From: Hydrolagus colliei | Lineage: Eukaryota | Length of the DNA stretch: 64,000 nucleotides | Reading direction: 5' to 3' | NCBI GenBank assembly: GCA_035084275.1 | Contig: CM068742.1 | Coordinates: 127,968,001-128,032,000, forward strand | In this document: in pieces, positions 50,631 to 64,000 of the stretch | How positions within the stretch are numbered: position 1 is the stretch's first letter | Layout of the letters: each line of letters begins with the position of its first letter | The notes under the pieces: generated by a model | Seen by the model: the letters and a program-made list of their open reading frames with translations, nothing else | Told to the model about the DNA's origin: nothing | Database searches by the model: none | Program-made: the position numbers and the translations under genes

Positions 50631-51244
50631 CAAAAATCAGATTAAGGGACAACAGGATCGATGTCTTTCATACACTAAGAGTTAGCTTTAAACATCAAAT
50701 CTGACTTAGACCAGGAGAGCAGAACAGAGGATATGATAGTTTCAAATGAAAAAGCCTCAAATGGGATAACATCAATAGCAACCTCAATGCGACTTCTGGG
50801 TTTAAAATAGGAATGCTGTATAAATTGTTATCTGTAACCAGAACCTAATGTGCATTGCTGCTGTACACATTCATGATGTAGTTTGTCAGATGCCAAAAAT
50901 AAAGACTGTCCTGACATAAATTACATGACATAAATTGCTGTGATCATTAGAAGTGAAATGTTAGTGTTTTCCCAGCTCAAATGTGTCTTTTTTGCAGCCC
51001 GCCAATTGCTTTAAAAGTCAGCAGAGTAAAGCTGTACGTGCTTGGCATTGAAGAATGAATGTGGATCCCTGGAAATAGAGCCTTAGCAAAAATGGGAGAC
51101 TTTTTTTTTAATAATCACTTCAAATCACCTGCACACTTGGTTATTGACAATCTTTTGAGTCGATCTTTTGTTGACCAAACAACTGCTCCACTTGTACCAA
51201 GTTCATTTAATGATTGCACAATAATAATAGATTGGCTATCGATA

Positions 51245-51530
51245 CAAAGAGCTTGATAGGAATTTTTGTGAAATGTAGTGAACGTGTATTTGTCGGCAAC
51301 TGTGGCAGCCAACGTGTACAACCCGATTTCTTTCAATAACATCCACCTGGACATGACTTCAGTTTAAGGCCTCGTGACACAGGTGGATGGCACCTGAGCA
51401 AATGGAGTGCTCTCCCAACATTGCAATGGAGTGATATAATGGGCTATGAGTACAAAGTTATAAAGTGCGGCTTCAACCCATAACGTTTGACTCAGAGCTG
51501 AGAGTGCTGCCAACTAAGTCAGGCTGACAC
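51245..51530 (-). mobile_element. SacSINE1-like SINE
   Basis: TGTGGCAGCCAA...TTCAACCCATAAC.TTTGACTCAGAGCTGAGAGTGCTGCCAACTAAG. Confidence 0.65.
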
Positions 51531-52739
51531 CGCAGAACCATTACTCTTGTTTTAGTTTTGTTTATTGAATATCAGTGGACGATTTGCCATGGGAAGAATA
51601 AAAAGATCACCTCATGGGATGAACTGTGAAGCATTGGTGGATAACCTTTATGGCCAGCCAACAAAATACATTATGGAATAAATCAAGAAATATTCAATCA
51701 GAAAAACCTGAAAGCATAGTACTGCTCAAATGCAGACTTGCTAAGACTAGTGCTAATGTTTGGGGTGAATGGGAGGCTGTCATTGATAGCCTTCCATAGC
51801 ATTTTAGCACATGGACCATAGGTTGCCCCACTACTGCTCTAAAGTGTAGTGACTGTGTGTTTTGTGGGCAAACACAGTTGTCAATTTACACGCAGCAATG
51901 TTCAACAAACAGCCCACTTAATGCAATGTCGACATTCACACAATTCCAAAAGGTTCATCCTGTCATTTTATATTGAATTCCCTTTTGAAATAATTTGTGG
52001 TATTTGCTTCAATTACACATAGTTAGAGAAATCTACCTTCCAACCATCATCTGCATCAGTACAATTTTATAAACTTCCATTTATAATATAATAATTACTA
52101 TATAATAATTCCCTTAAATAAATGTTGTGTTTATTGTAAAATCATATTCACTTGTCTTAGACTCACTGATCAATGAAAATCTTCTCATATAATTTACGCT
52201 ATCGTAACCTGTCCTTATCTTAAAGACCTTTGTTCTGTCATCTCCTTAAGCTTCTCTAGTGAATAAAATCTCCAACCTCTCAACTTCTCCACTGACTGGA
52301 TAAGCTTGCTGAGAAATCAACGCAGGGAGTCAAAGTGGTAAAGAGATTAAAGAGGCACAGTCTTTGTGCAGGGAGAAAGAGCTGTGTTGTCATCATTAGA
52401 ACAATAGAAATTTAAGGACAGAAGTAGGCCATTCAACCTATCATGTGTCAATGTGATATTATGCATAAATTAAGCATTTGGTTTTTAGATGTCACATTGT
52501 ATCCCTCAAAACCAAGAGTAAATGGCTCTGCCAAGACATTGTTTCATATAAGAAAGTAACTTCCTTTGAAAAAAAGCAGTGTGAAGAGAGGCAGGTTTCA
52601 ACATTACGTATCACAGTTTGAGCTCTGCAAAGCGAGCAGGCATCAGCTGTAGCATTTTGTTACTAACTGAATAATTCCTGATACTGTATTTTGGTCTGAA
52701 CTCTTTCAATGAGAGGAATTAACTAATTAATTCCTTGTT

Positions 52740-53175
52740 GGAAAGTAAAGAGAAGTCTGTGGGTTTAAGTCCCATATCGGGACTTTGAGCTTGCAGTCTA
52801 GACTGACTCCAAATCAGTGTTTGCGGTGCATTGCATTGTCGAAGATGCTATCCTTTCAATGAGAAATTAAACTGTCTGCAAAATTAAACCATTAAACTGT
52901 CTAGTTGCTCAGTGGGAAGTTAAATATCAGAGACCTATTCAAAAAGTGAAGGGAGTTTTTTTTCCATTATGATCACCAATAATCCCACAAATAAAATAGT
53001 TAATTCACTCATTGGCTGTTGTGGGGCATTATTGTGTACAAATTGGCTGCCACATGTGCCTACAAAATACAGTCACTACACTTTACACAATATGTTTAAA
53101 GCACTTAGAGATCTCCTCCTGAAGAGAAAGGCAATATATCAAATGCAAGTATTAGTATATTGGATTATTATTATA
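52740..53175 (+). mobile_element. SacSINE1-like SINE
   Basis: GTGGGTTTAAGTCCCA..GACTTTGAGC..CTAGACTGAC; GCTGTTGTGGGGCATTATTGTGTACAAATTGGCTGCC; (TAT)n tail. Confidence 0.75.
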
Positions 53176-53357
53176 TAAATGTACTATTATGTAATAATAT
53201 TTTTAAATGTTTTTATTATTACAAACAGGTTTCCTTTGACCAATACCTATTCCTTTAAAGGAAGATAAGAATCTGTGAATGAATGTGTGGCTGTGATATA
53301 TATGCAGTAAATAAGCTGTTGGACATGCTAGGTTCAATCAAAAATAATGTTTAGCAA

Positions 53358-53679
53358 ATAGAATCATAGAATCATAGAATTTTACGGCACAAAAGGAGGC
53401 CATTCGGCCCATCTAGTCTGTGCCGGCTCGTTGAAAAGAGCGATTCAATCCCACTGCCCTGCCTGCTCCCCATAGCCTAATAGACCCGTTCTCCCTAAAT
53501 AAAGATCTAATTCCCTTTTAAAAGTTGTTATCGAATCAGCCTCCACCACCTTTTCAGGCAATGCATTCCAGATTCGAACAACTTGCTGAGTGAAAAAATT
53601 TCTCCTCAGCTCCCCTCAACTGCGCCTTGAAACTATTTTAAATCTGTGACCACGAGTCACAGATTCACCCACGAGTGGA
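53358..53679 (-). mobile_element. Young CR1 3' fragment
   Basis: Nearly identical by eye to the reverse complement of 31195-31515, including (CATAGAAT)n. Confidence 0.96.
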
Positions 53680-54691
53680 TGGGAGGGTTTGGACTAAACA
53701 AGTTAGATTCATGTTCTGATGGCTTTCGGTAAACTTTTGAGTGAGGTTGAAAGGATTTAGACCAAAACTGCCTTAATTTGTCTTTTCATCACTGAATATA
53801 TAATTTCAAATAACTATTGTTTTGAATCCTTGAAAATGTTGATTTTATTTATACTTCAGTCAAATAATAAAGCCTGTCGACAGGTTCAGTAATACCAGTG
53901 TTGTAAGAGCAATTTCAACTGTGGTGAAGTAAGAGCAGTGACAGCAACATGCATGTATCCATATTGCTATACAGACTCCAGGATGACAGGAATATAGGAA
54001 CACCAGAGAGGCATCCTGAGATAACAAGGGAAGTGTGGATCCCTTCCGCCATCTGATCTCATCTTTCCAGAATACCCACTCTCCCTTTGCCCATCAAATC
54101 ATTCAGCTGTAACTTAAATGTATTCATTGTCTGACCTCTATCACCTGTCTTGTAGAGGCCAGGTAATGGGTGACCTGTTCCAGCTGTTGATCATCCTCTG
54201 CTTAAAGAGGTATTTCTTCACGTCAATGTTAAAATTGTTCTTCATAACCCTGAATATCTATTTTCCTGCCTTCTGTCCTCAGTCTATCTGAAAGTCATGC
54301 AACTCAAATAACCCATCCGAATGTCAAGCTCATGCCTGCAAAGACCAAGTAAAATTTACTGCATTGTACATTCCAACCCACCCAATTAATCGCCACCTTT
54401 GAACCACCTTTCAGCTCCCCTTCTCAGCTGTCCCCTGCATGACATACAGTAGTCATGTGAAGCCTTTTGAGATATCTTCCCACTGTGAAAGGCACTATAG
54501 GAACACTGACATCTACTGTGCAGAAGGAGGCTATTCGGTGAATTGAGTCTGCACCAGCTCCCAGAGCAAGGAGATCATTATATGAATGTAAATTGTCGTT
54601 GTTGCTCTTATTAGTTTGGAAGGACTGAGCACCCTTTATTTTTTTTTAATGTTTGTCTTTCACTCAGTTAAAACCTAAAATAAAAATATAG

Positions 54692-55065
54692 AGCCCTGTA
54701 GCTCAGTGGTTAAGAGACCTGAGTTTAATTCCCAGCAGGGCAAAATGTTGGGCAAGTTTTGTTACTCCACATGTTCCTGTTTACCTGGCAGCAAGTAGAA
54801 ACCTGGTTTTTAGTTGATTGGTGGATCGCATTTCCAAAGGTAATAATTCCTTGAAAAAAAATTGGTCACTTTGATCCACAACTGGTTATTTGACACTGCT
54901 GTACACAAATTGCTGCTGAGTTTTGCCCGCAAAATATTCAGTCGTAAACTTAATGGCTAAAGTAATATACTTATTGTATATTCTACGAAGGGCTTTTCGA
55001 GTGTCGAAGACATGATTAGGTGTTGTTTCAAATGCAAGGATTATATTGTTATTATTACTATTAAT
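54692..55065 (+). mobile_element. tRNA-head/Deu-core SINE, long variant
   Basis: CCCTGTAGCTCAGTGGTTA..CCTGAGTTTAATTCCC; extra CCTGTTTACCTGGCAGCAAGTAG segment; tail GCAAGGATTAT. Confidence 0.85.
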
Positions 55066-56329
55066 ATAAGTACTGTAGTATGATAGAACCATATTATACC
55101 ATTGACCAGATCAAAGTGTGATTGATGGGATGCTAACTAGCAGCCTCTGAGTTGTGCCAGTGATCCTTACTCCAAGGGTTACCACTTTATCACAGAGGTT
55201 TAACCCAGTGCTGAATATCTAAAGGCAGTGGATTAAAAACATCAATTAAGTGATTTACTTGGGGTGAGGAAAAACTAATTAACATTGGACATATTGAAAA
55301 TTCCCAACGTGCTGTAATTTACTGCTGTTGTAAATTGCGCTTGGATGAGCCTTAATCTCTGCCAATGAGCCACTGAGTCAGTGCAATTGAAGTATTTTCT
55401 GATAACTGCCTGAAAGTGTCAGCTACAATGAGCTTGCTAAGATGTGAGGCCACATTTTACTCTGATATGGATGAGTTGCCCACACACCAGTGAACACTGC
55501 GGGAGGTCGATCAGAACATTTTTTTTCAATTTATTTGGGATGCTAATGCAATATTTAAGAGTGTGGGTGTATTTGTTTTAAGGGGCATGGAATTAATTTA
55601 TTATTGAAATTGGAATAAATGAGGACAAATTCAACATCAGAGCAAGACATGAAAGTGGTGGCATGAAAGTGCCCCCTTCCCCCACATGACTCTTTTTCCT
55701 CAGTTGCATTATATGTGTTCAGACACACAAAGTCAAAGATAGAGTCTGGAAAAAAGTCTCTGAAGGTATGGTTATAGCTTGTTACAGAGTCACAGTGGCA
55801 CACTGCACTTCCACAGAGTGGTCTCTGGTTCCCTTTATTATTAGTTCCTTATGAAAGGAGATGCATTTAGTCATGGAAGCCAAGTGAGGAGAGTCACAGA
55901 AGTTCCACCATCCACACCAGGGTCTAAGCCAGGGAACAAGCTGCCTGGCCTCTCTTGTTCCTGGGGATTTTGTGTGTGTTTTGAATCGACTCCAAAAAAA
56001 CAAATAAAATAATTCTGAAATGCATCTGAATTGTTCCATGATGCACATTTTTAGCCAAACCATTGATTTTTTCCCCCAAGTGTTGCTGTATTTTCACAGG
56101 GACACATTTTGCAAATAGGTCAGACACAAAGAGTGCATTTTAACCAGTCGTGAGTGCAGGTCCATTAAAGCTTTGACAGAAATTCCAACCAGCATGTAAA
56201 CCAAGCATTCTGTCAAAACATATACTGTAAGAAAGCTCAACGCTGTGAAAATTTTCACTTCAGTAAGTGTTATTAATGAAAGTAATACTTGCCTGTGATG
56301 CGGTTTATCATGTTGATATCTCGCAAAAC

Positions 56330-56625
56330 TTTTCACACAGTTTGTTACTTAAAATGCAGTGACTGTTGAAGTGTCAGTCAATTTTTCTCCTTCAACTTCC
56401 CACAAAAATGATGAGAGGAATGGCTACAACATGTTTATTCAGTGGCAAATTTGGATGGAGGAGGGATATTGACCAGGAGAATCCCCTATTCTATTTCACA
56501 GCAATGTCATGGGATCCTTAGCATTTACTGGAATCAATAGATGAGGCAGACACAATCTCAGTTGACTACCTAATTCATAGGGTCACACTACTAGCAGTGT
56601 AGCACCCCCTCAGTCCTGCAGCAGA
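56330..56625 (-). mobile_element. SacSINE1-like SINE, degenerate
   Basis: CCCACAAA...TGTCATGGGATCCTTAGCAT...GCAGTGTAGCACCCCCTCAGTCCTGCA. Confidence 0.6.
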
Positions 56626-57824
56626 TTGAGAGCCTTTTATGTCCTGACAACATCTCGTAGCCCGAGCTTGGCAGGGAGGGAAAAGCTACCTATATATTGC
56701 AAGAAATGTACTTAAATATACAACTTCAAATAACCTTTAATCGACTGCTTTGGAGACAAGAGAGCAAATAAATGAGTCAAATGTTAGTAGAACAGAGAAT
56801 TGTTCCTTCTCGCTTAAGGATTTTAAATAAAAATTCTGCTTGTATCGTGAGGAACATTGATATTTTCCAGCAGGCATATCATCAGTCAGCAATGTCACTG
56901 TCCAGCAGTGTTATGTAAATGGCAGGAGCAAGGTCTGCCCATTGTTCATGAGGATCATTGGGATTATGCACGCAACACAACAGTCATGAATCTCTGATAA
57001 CATTGTGAATGCTCTTTGGCTGGATTCAAATAATCCATGAAGCTGGTGATATCAAACTCTTTAGCTGCCCTGGAGTGGAGGAGAGCATCTTGTCACATCA
57101 TCAGCTCTATCACGATTAAAACTTGTGTTCAATAGTTTTGTTTCTCTCTGAAATTAATGTAACTTACCCAATCCCTGGTGGAGTGGTTTTTAATCATTAT
57201 CTCCAATGTTTTCACAAATGATTTGGACATTTAATGAAAAAACACTCTTAGCTACAATAGGCACAACAATTCTGGTTAGTCTGAGGCTGTAAAGCCACAC
57301 CATCTTAAAATGTCCTAATAAACAAAACAGCTTTCCACATTTCTGAAATATTTCCTATGTGGGCAGTGCATGCTTACACTTAACTCCAGACGTCTGTGTC
57401 TTGCACATTTCCAAATCAGTTAAGTCAACAGATGCATAATTTCCTCTTGAAACAATGTTTATACAAATATGGGATCTGTTGCTGTGTCGGCGAAAACAAT
57501 AGCAATCATTTGCCATCTGCAATCATTTGCCATATTTCTTTTTATTCCTTCTCCTTGAATAGACAGGGCACAGAGATTATTCAATAGGTAGAACAGGTTG
57601 CTGGCAAGCATGGTTGAAGCCAATCTGGTGGACTCGTGGAACAAACAGTGAGATGCTATTATGGGAGGATTGTAGAGTGAGTATTCGGGAATGACAAGGT
57701 GAACTGAGACTAAAGCCCTTCTTCATCTGCTTCTCTCCTGTGATCATATGGTTTGTAAAATGAAAGTCCCTCAGAATATCATTTTGTCATTGCAAGGATG
57801 CGGCTGCCATTTCTCATACCTCCC

Positions 57825-58143
57825 TATAATAGTAATGATAATAATAATTCTTACATTTGATACAGCACTTTTTACGTCTTCTAGGCATCTCAAATCGCTT
57901 CACAGAATATACTGTAAAGTGAATTGACTGTATATTTGCATGCTAAATGCGGCAGCCAATTGTGCACAGCAGTGTCCCACAAACATTGGTGGGTTAAAGT
58001 GATCAATTTATTATTTTTGAGTAATTATTATCAGGAGTGTGGAGTAAGGAAACTTGCCCAAGGTTTTGTGCTGATGTGCCCAGAATCGAACTCAGGTCTC
58101 TCGCTTGTAAGGCGAGTGCTCTAACCACTGAGCTGTATAGACT
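57825..58143 (-). mobile_element. Full-length tRNA-head/Deu-core SINE
   Basis: Minus-strand head CAGCTCAGTGGTTAGAGCACTCGCCTTACAAGCGAGAGACCTGAGTTCGATTC; core; (TAT)n tail. Confidence 0.92.
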
Positions 58144-58984
58144 GAGACATGGACACGATCAGAAAGATTGCGTCCCATCATATTGCCCACTTTTCCACAA
58201 ATCACACTCTGCTACCCAAGTTGGATAGAGCACATCTGAAGCAAACTGAGCAGTTTGCCTTCAGTATGAAAACTGTGCGTTTCTACTTGCCACGAAGATC
58301 AGCTTGACAACACATCTAAACACATTGAGTTGTCTCCCTATGCACCTTGTTGCTATGCCACCTAAGAGAACAAACGTGCTAAAATGATCTGAGATGTGAA
58401 ATCCACCTCAAGCAGACAGCACTAGTGGCACTTCACTTCGTAGCTTTGATACTGGTGATCCCGGAGATGCTCGGCAGAAAACTGTAAACACAGGCAGTTC
58501 ATTCTCTCAAACGGTTCCCATACAGAACATTAGGCAATAATTCCATCCTTGAACCGTCATGCTTCAGTTACAGGTCAGGGTAGCTGCAAGCAATTTAGTT
58601 TGGATACTAAGCAAAACTAATCTTATAGCGAAAAGGGAAGCTAACTTTTGGGTTGGATAGTAGAGTATAAGAACAAATAGCAAGTTTGTGTTCATTTTAC
58701 CTCTACGTACACCCAGAAGAACAATTGCCCACCTGAATGCTTTATTACAGCTGCCTGACCCTTTTCGTGAAGTGAATTAAACCAGGGGGAATGTGCTGTT
58801 CTTAGCCTAAACATGCTTAAAAAATGTTAAAGCAGCACTCCATCATACAGTGTTTTATTTGCAAAAATCTTTGAAATACCATTTTAAAAAGGCCTCTTCT
58901 CAGCTAGTCTCGGGACATAAACATATTGTTGCTCAAACATTTTTCAGATGTGGCACCCAGGTCTTAGTCGATGTGTTAAAGTTA

Positions 58985-59150
58985 TAATAATAGTCTTTTG
59001 ATACAATGCTGTATTACATCATCAAGATGTCTTAAAGTATGCTACATGATTTTACTGTGAAATTGAGTCACTGTGTATTTTTAGATACATGCTGCAGCCA
59101 ATTTGCACACAGCAATGTGCCACAAACAGCAAGGAGATAAATGACCAATA
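58985..59150 (-). mobile_element. Deu-core SINE 3' half
   Basis: GCAGCCAATTTGCACACAGCAATGTGCCACAAACAGC. Confidence 0.7.
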
Positions 59151-60039
59151 GTTATCTTGCTAAGATTGCTAAATTTGCACCACCTTATGTAAACTGATAC
59201 ATAGGTATCAATTAATTATGACGGATTTCATTATTTGAATTAACACATCACAATACTGCAAAATTTACACAAATACTTAATACAACAACAATGACAAAAT
59301 TACATTTGTAGACGCCTTTCACGTCAGGAGAACATCTCAAGATCTGTCCCAAGGACATCCCAAGGCGCTAATAAATCTGGCAGGGAAGGTTATAAAATTT
59401 TTTCATTGAGAATTAAAAGTGCACAAAATGTGATGTAGCATTTGATTCTTCTGCTTGCTAGCACTCTTACCTTGTAAGATTGAGGAATTGTGAGAGTATA
59501 AGGTCTGGCACAGATTAATTGGGTCAAATGGCCTGTTTCTGTGCCATATCATTCTGTGTAACAATGACTGTCGACTGAGTGTGCCCAAACCTCTTTTCTT
59601 TTCCAATTGTGTAAATGGATTACCCTTCCTCATCTACACATATTTCCTGTTTCCTGATCCAATATGCATTACCTTGCATTTATCCGATCAATCTGTTACT
59701 TCCATCTGTTAAATGGCTTAAGATCTTTTTGAATGTTGTTTGTTAGCTACCTGGCTCTATATCTTCAGTAATGTTCCACTGTTATTAGGAGGAATCTTTA
59801 TGAATACTGTAAATCTGAGAGGACCAGGAGCCCAATCCCAGTAGAGCATTTCTAGTCACCAACACCAGGCAAGAACTTATTCCAGTTGCCATCATTTAAT
59901 GTTTCCCTTTGCTAAAACGGTTTTCAATACTGTTTGTTAGTTTGCCATTAATTTCACGATTTGTTAAACCATTGTTAAAAGTTTCACACGTGAAACTGCA
60001 TCATATTGGTGTTTTGGTGTGTTAAAGTGTTAAAAAAAA

Positions 60040-60290
60040 TGTGATCACTCAATCCACAACTGTTTGAGGGACACAGCCATGTACAATTTGCTTCTGTGTT
60101 TCGCCCACAGAATACAGTACAGTGAATCCCGACCCCAGCTCAAGTCTGAAACACTGACTGTTCAGCTCCTTGGGACATCCTCCCAATGTGAAAGGCACTA
60201 TACAAATGTAATTTTGTTGTTGTATTTGAGATGTCTCAATTAGGTGATAAGGCGCTTTTCCAAATGCAAGGATTCTCATTATTATTATTC
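60040..60290 (+). mobile_element. Deu-core SINE 3' half split by an L2 tail (about 60128-60223)
   Basis: CTGTTTGAGGGACACAGC...; L2 CTTGGGACATCCTCCCAATGTGAAAGGCACTATACAAATGTAATTTTGTTGTTG; the host resumes TTTGAGATGTCTC..GCAAGGATT. Confidence 0.75.
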
Positions 60291-61269
60291 ATAGGGTTGA
60301 GGTGGTACCACAGAGCACAGTGGGGATGTTGACACTGGAGGAGATATCTCCAGTCCAGATGTTTCCCTGTACGGGCTCTCCTCTTGCACTCCCATTTCCT
60401 TCTAGCTGGTAGTAGGTATTCAACCAGCAGCTGATTGACTGATCTGGACAATGGTTCCTTTTACCCTCAGCCCAAAGTTCAAAAAACCAGCAGGACTGTA
60501 ATGCCTTGCTGAACATCCCAACAACATCCCATTGGGAACATCAGAAAACAGGACTAGGGGAGGCCATTCAGCCCAATGAACCTGCTGCACCACCATCCCC
60601 AACAACAATAATTTGCATTGATATAGTGCCCTTCACTTTAAGGTCAGCATCTCAGAGCGCTTTACTATATTCTTAGTTTATTAGAAGTCGCTAGACCTTT
60701 TAATTCTAGTGTCTTTGTGCCTTACCCTATTAAGCCTAATACAGTGCATTGCCTGTGTGGTTCATGGCCTGAATGGCGACCTTGTTGGCTCGACCCCAAA
60801 AGACATCACACCACAAATAGCAAGCAGTTTATTAACTCAGTTGCACCTCTTGAATTATGTCTCTTTGTTTTCAGTCATGTCTTGGAAGTCAACAGTTCTT
60901 TGAGGTATCACACTACCTTTTATCTAAACTCCAGGTCTCAATTTGTCAGAGAATAAAAGGCCTCCTTGTCTGCCACCGTATGTTCCCTGTTGTAGATGGG
61001 TTTGGGTAGGTTCCAATTGGCTTCCAGTGAACACAAGGAAAGATTGCCTATGAATCAATGCTAATTGTCACTGAATTAGCAATAGCTAAAAGACATAGGC
61101 TTGAAATTAACAAGCCTTAAGTAAGACAAGATATTGAAGCACGTTTTGTCTTCTCTGAGCAGTGTTTCCATGTCCATTCCCACACCAGGCTTTGTGAACG
61201 TAGCATTCTCTCCTTACTCAGCTCTTTTAACTCCCCACCCCCCTGGGATTGAGTTAACACTTGTCATTC

Positions 61270-61640
61270 TCCCCCTTAAATTTCTCCACACTCGCAACAC
61301 ACTCTAACCTCCTCAAACTATCCTGAGCTCCTTCTGTTCAGAAAACACTGGTGTGTTTCACGACTCCCACCTTATCAGCTCCACCATCAGTAGTCAGGCT
61401 TTCAGGCTTTCTGCTCCCGATCTCTGGAACTCCATCACGGATTCTCTTCAACTTGGTCCCTGGCTTAACTTGTTCAAGATTAATCTCAAGACCAAACATT
61501 TTGAGTGTCCTTTTTGGTCATCTTCCATTTCCCTACCCCCCTTTCTCCCACTTCCAGCTCAAATGCCCAACCAGATCCTTTAAGCACTTTGGGACATCCT
61601 CCTAATGTGAAACACCCTGTATAAATGTAAATTTGCATTT
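61270..61640 (+). mobile_element. Old L2 3' fragment
   Basis: STISSQAFRLSAPDLWNSI...FKINLKTKHF; tail AGCACTTTGGGACATCCTCCTAATGTGAAA. Confidence 0.8.
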
Positions 61641-62723
61641 TATTGCTTATAGTTTCACACTCCTACCTGAAGCATCTGACATGTTGAGTTCTCCTAAAAA
61701 TATAAAAGAATTTGTTTGGCATTCTGGACTGGGTTGAGGCAAGCAAGGTCTCCTCAGAGCTGAACGTGTGACATGGTCAAAAATGGAATGTTGGAAACCA
61801 ATCACCCCTTTCAGGTAGCCCGGTTCCTGACCCAGGTGGGTCTGCAGTATTCCAGGGCACTGCTGATGAAAGCCCAGCTAACCTGACTCACCAGCTGGAC
61901 TTGGAAGGGCAGCCAAGTCATTGGGGGTTGGGTACTTCCCATTCAGCTCCAGTTAACCCTGCAAGCAAAGCCCTAAGGGGTATGTTGGTCCTAGCTGGAC
62001 AAGTAGTGGGAAAGTTTGCCAGACAGCAAGCTGTGCGGTTTTAGTTTCATCAGAAATATGGAGGGAATTACCATTCTTATTTGGGGGATTGTTCACCAGG
62101 ACACTGGGAGAAACTCCCTTTCTCTTTTCGAATATTGCTCTGGGATTTTCAACAAGCAAATGCGGTCTAGCATCTCTTCTGAAAGACAAAACCTCCAACA
62201 ATGCAGTGCATAAGAACATAAGAATTAAGAGCAGGAGTAGGTCATTCGGCCCTTCGAGCATGCCCTGTGCAACTATTTACTCTATTTAGGCGGTATTTGT
62301 GAACATCCGAAACAATATGTTGAATTTAGTGTGAACTTTTGAAGACATTTTTTCCGCAGTTCTTAAAAGAAACTTACACAAAGGCAAGGCACAATTTAAG
62401 AAATTTCCAAATTCTGGATGCTCTGCATTTGAAAGAATGTTGAGTAAATTGGGACCCAGGTAGAATGTCTCCCCAGAGTTTTGCGCAGAGCAATGACACA
62501 AAAGGACTCGAGGCCTTTCTCACTTTCAGGTAATGCTGCAAAGTGACATGGGATCTAAACAATTATCAAGCTTAGGCCTGCTGAGACTTTGGTAATTCAT
62601 CATCCTGCATATAGTTTTCAATAACCTAGTTGCAAATTACAAAGGAAATGGCTCACAGAACAGTGGAATTTTAAATATATTTGGATGAGTGAAATACTGT
62701 GTGCAATGCAACCCAATGCAATA

Positions 62724-63037
62724 TTAATAATAATGATGCTTGAATTTAATATAACACCTTATCACGTCTTTTAAATGTCTCAAAGTGCTTCACAGAATAT
62801 ACTGTAAAGTTAATAGATTGTGTTATTTGTGGGTGAAACGCGGACAGCCAATTGCGCACAGTAGTATCCTACAAACAGTCATGGGTTGAAGTGACTGAAT
62901 TATTATTGTTATTTCTCTTGAGGGATTATTATCAGGCATATGCAGCAAGGAAATTTGCCAAGATTTCACCTTACCAGGAATCAAACCTAGGTCTCTCGCT
63001 TATGAGGCTAGTGATTTAACCACTGAACTACAGGACT
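62724..63037 (-). mobile_element. Full-length tRNA-head/Deu-core SINE
   Basis: Minus-strand head GTCCTGTAGTTCAGTGGTTAAATCACTAGCCTCATAAGCGAGAGACCTAGGTTTGATTCC; core; (TAT)n tail. Confidence 0.9.
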
Positions 63038-64000
63038 GCACAGGACTGTGGTGTGCAAGCATATGTACAAATGTGGTTTTATTTTGAAAAAAAAGTATGG
63101 GCTTGTCAACAAGACACAAGAATAAATCCTTCCAGAATACCGTTGTGAGATTTATAATCTCCTCCACCCCAAAAGAAGTAAGTGTTTGACAGCAAGCTGT
63201 TCATTTTATGTTTTCTTTTCAAATAAATGAACTTGTTTTCATCTTGCCTTCAGCCATCATATTGTTCCCAGAAAAGCAACTTAAGTTCCCTGGCTGTAAA
63301 TACATCCAGTGCCAATGTAATTGCAATAAATAATACATTACAAACTGTCTAATACAGCAAAATATTTTCCGCAAGACAGATACAGTATATTGAACTGGTT
63401 CAAGGATGCTAAAGAGATGTGTTAATTTGAATGTAAGTATGCAGTGTTCCTGTATATTTGTTGCCTGATGATTAACAGTTAATGAAATTGTAATGCTTTA
63501 ACACCTGATGCAACCAACACAGGAAACATTCTAATAGTGTGAACTTGATGCTTGGTGTGTGTGGGAACCCACAGGCCAGCTTTGTTCACGCATGCAAATT
63601 GAGAAATTTATTTTTTATTTTAGACATCTTTCCACTGTCACTGAATATTAATCCTCTCCCAATCACAATGCTTCAGACCAGAGTGGAGCTGTTTCCTAAT
63701 GCCTTTACAGTGCAGCCAGGAGTCACCATGTATTATTTTAGCACCAGTTATTTCATTGCTGTTTTAATCTTCTGCCATTGTAAAGAGCAACTCTTGTCAA
63801 TTTATCAGGGTTGGCATGTTTGAATTTTTTTATTCACTGCATTTGAACATTGTAATGGAGTTGGACTGAGCTCACTTTATAATGTATACTGTGTCAAGGC
63901 TTTGCGACTTAACTGCTGATTATGCTGAGGTATTTCTTTCCTTACATTATATATTAATAACATTGAGACTTTACTTAAGCTCCCCCTGTAATGATGTCTG

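Noticed and set aside
62965-63037. tRNA gene
   Set aside because: It is a SINE head continuing into the SINE body, with stem mismatches and no Pol III terminator.

Overview
Repeat-rich, AT-rich vertebrate DNA with three assembly gaps and no host protein-coding exon that I can recognise, so it is probably a long intron or gene desert. The repeat set points to a cartilaginous fish, possibly a chimaera (inference): CR1 with (ATTCTATG)n tails, L2 with (GTT)n tails, and Deu-domain/SacSINE1-like SINEs. Nearly all long ORFs are LINE remnants or low-complexity artefacts. Highlights: (1) a 131-bp Penelope-derived insertion at 1967-2097, bounded by an 11-bp target-site duplication (TSD) and starting with a nearly intact minimal type I hammerhead ribozyme; three decayed relatives lie elsewhere, one attached to a Penelope GIY-YIG C-terminus. 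(2) Three copies of a non-autonomous hAT-type element with 16-bp terminal inverted repeats (TIRs), 8-bp TSDs and co-varying TIR ends, carrying NRF1/YY1-type motifs, CpG-rich arms and a G-quadruplex-prone minisatellite. (3) A solo-LTR-like insert with a second, nested TG..CA boundary. (4) Several nested insertions and some repeat-free blocks that may be conserved non-coding elements. Boundaries of old repeats are approximate and were read by eye.
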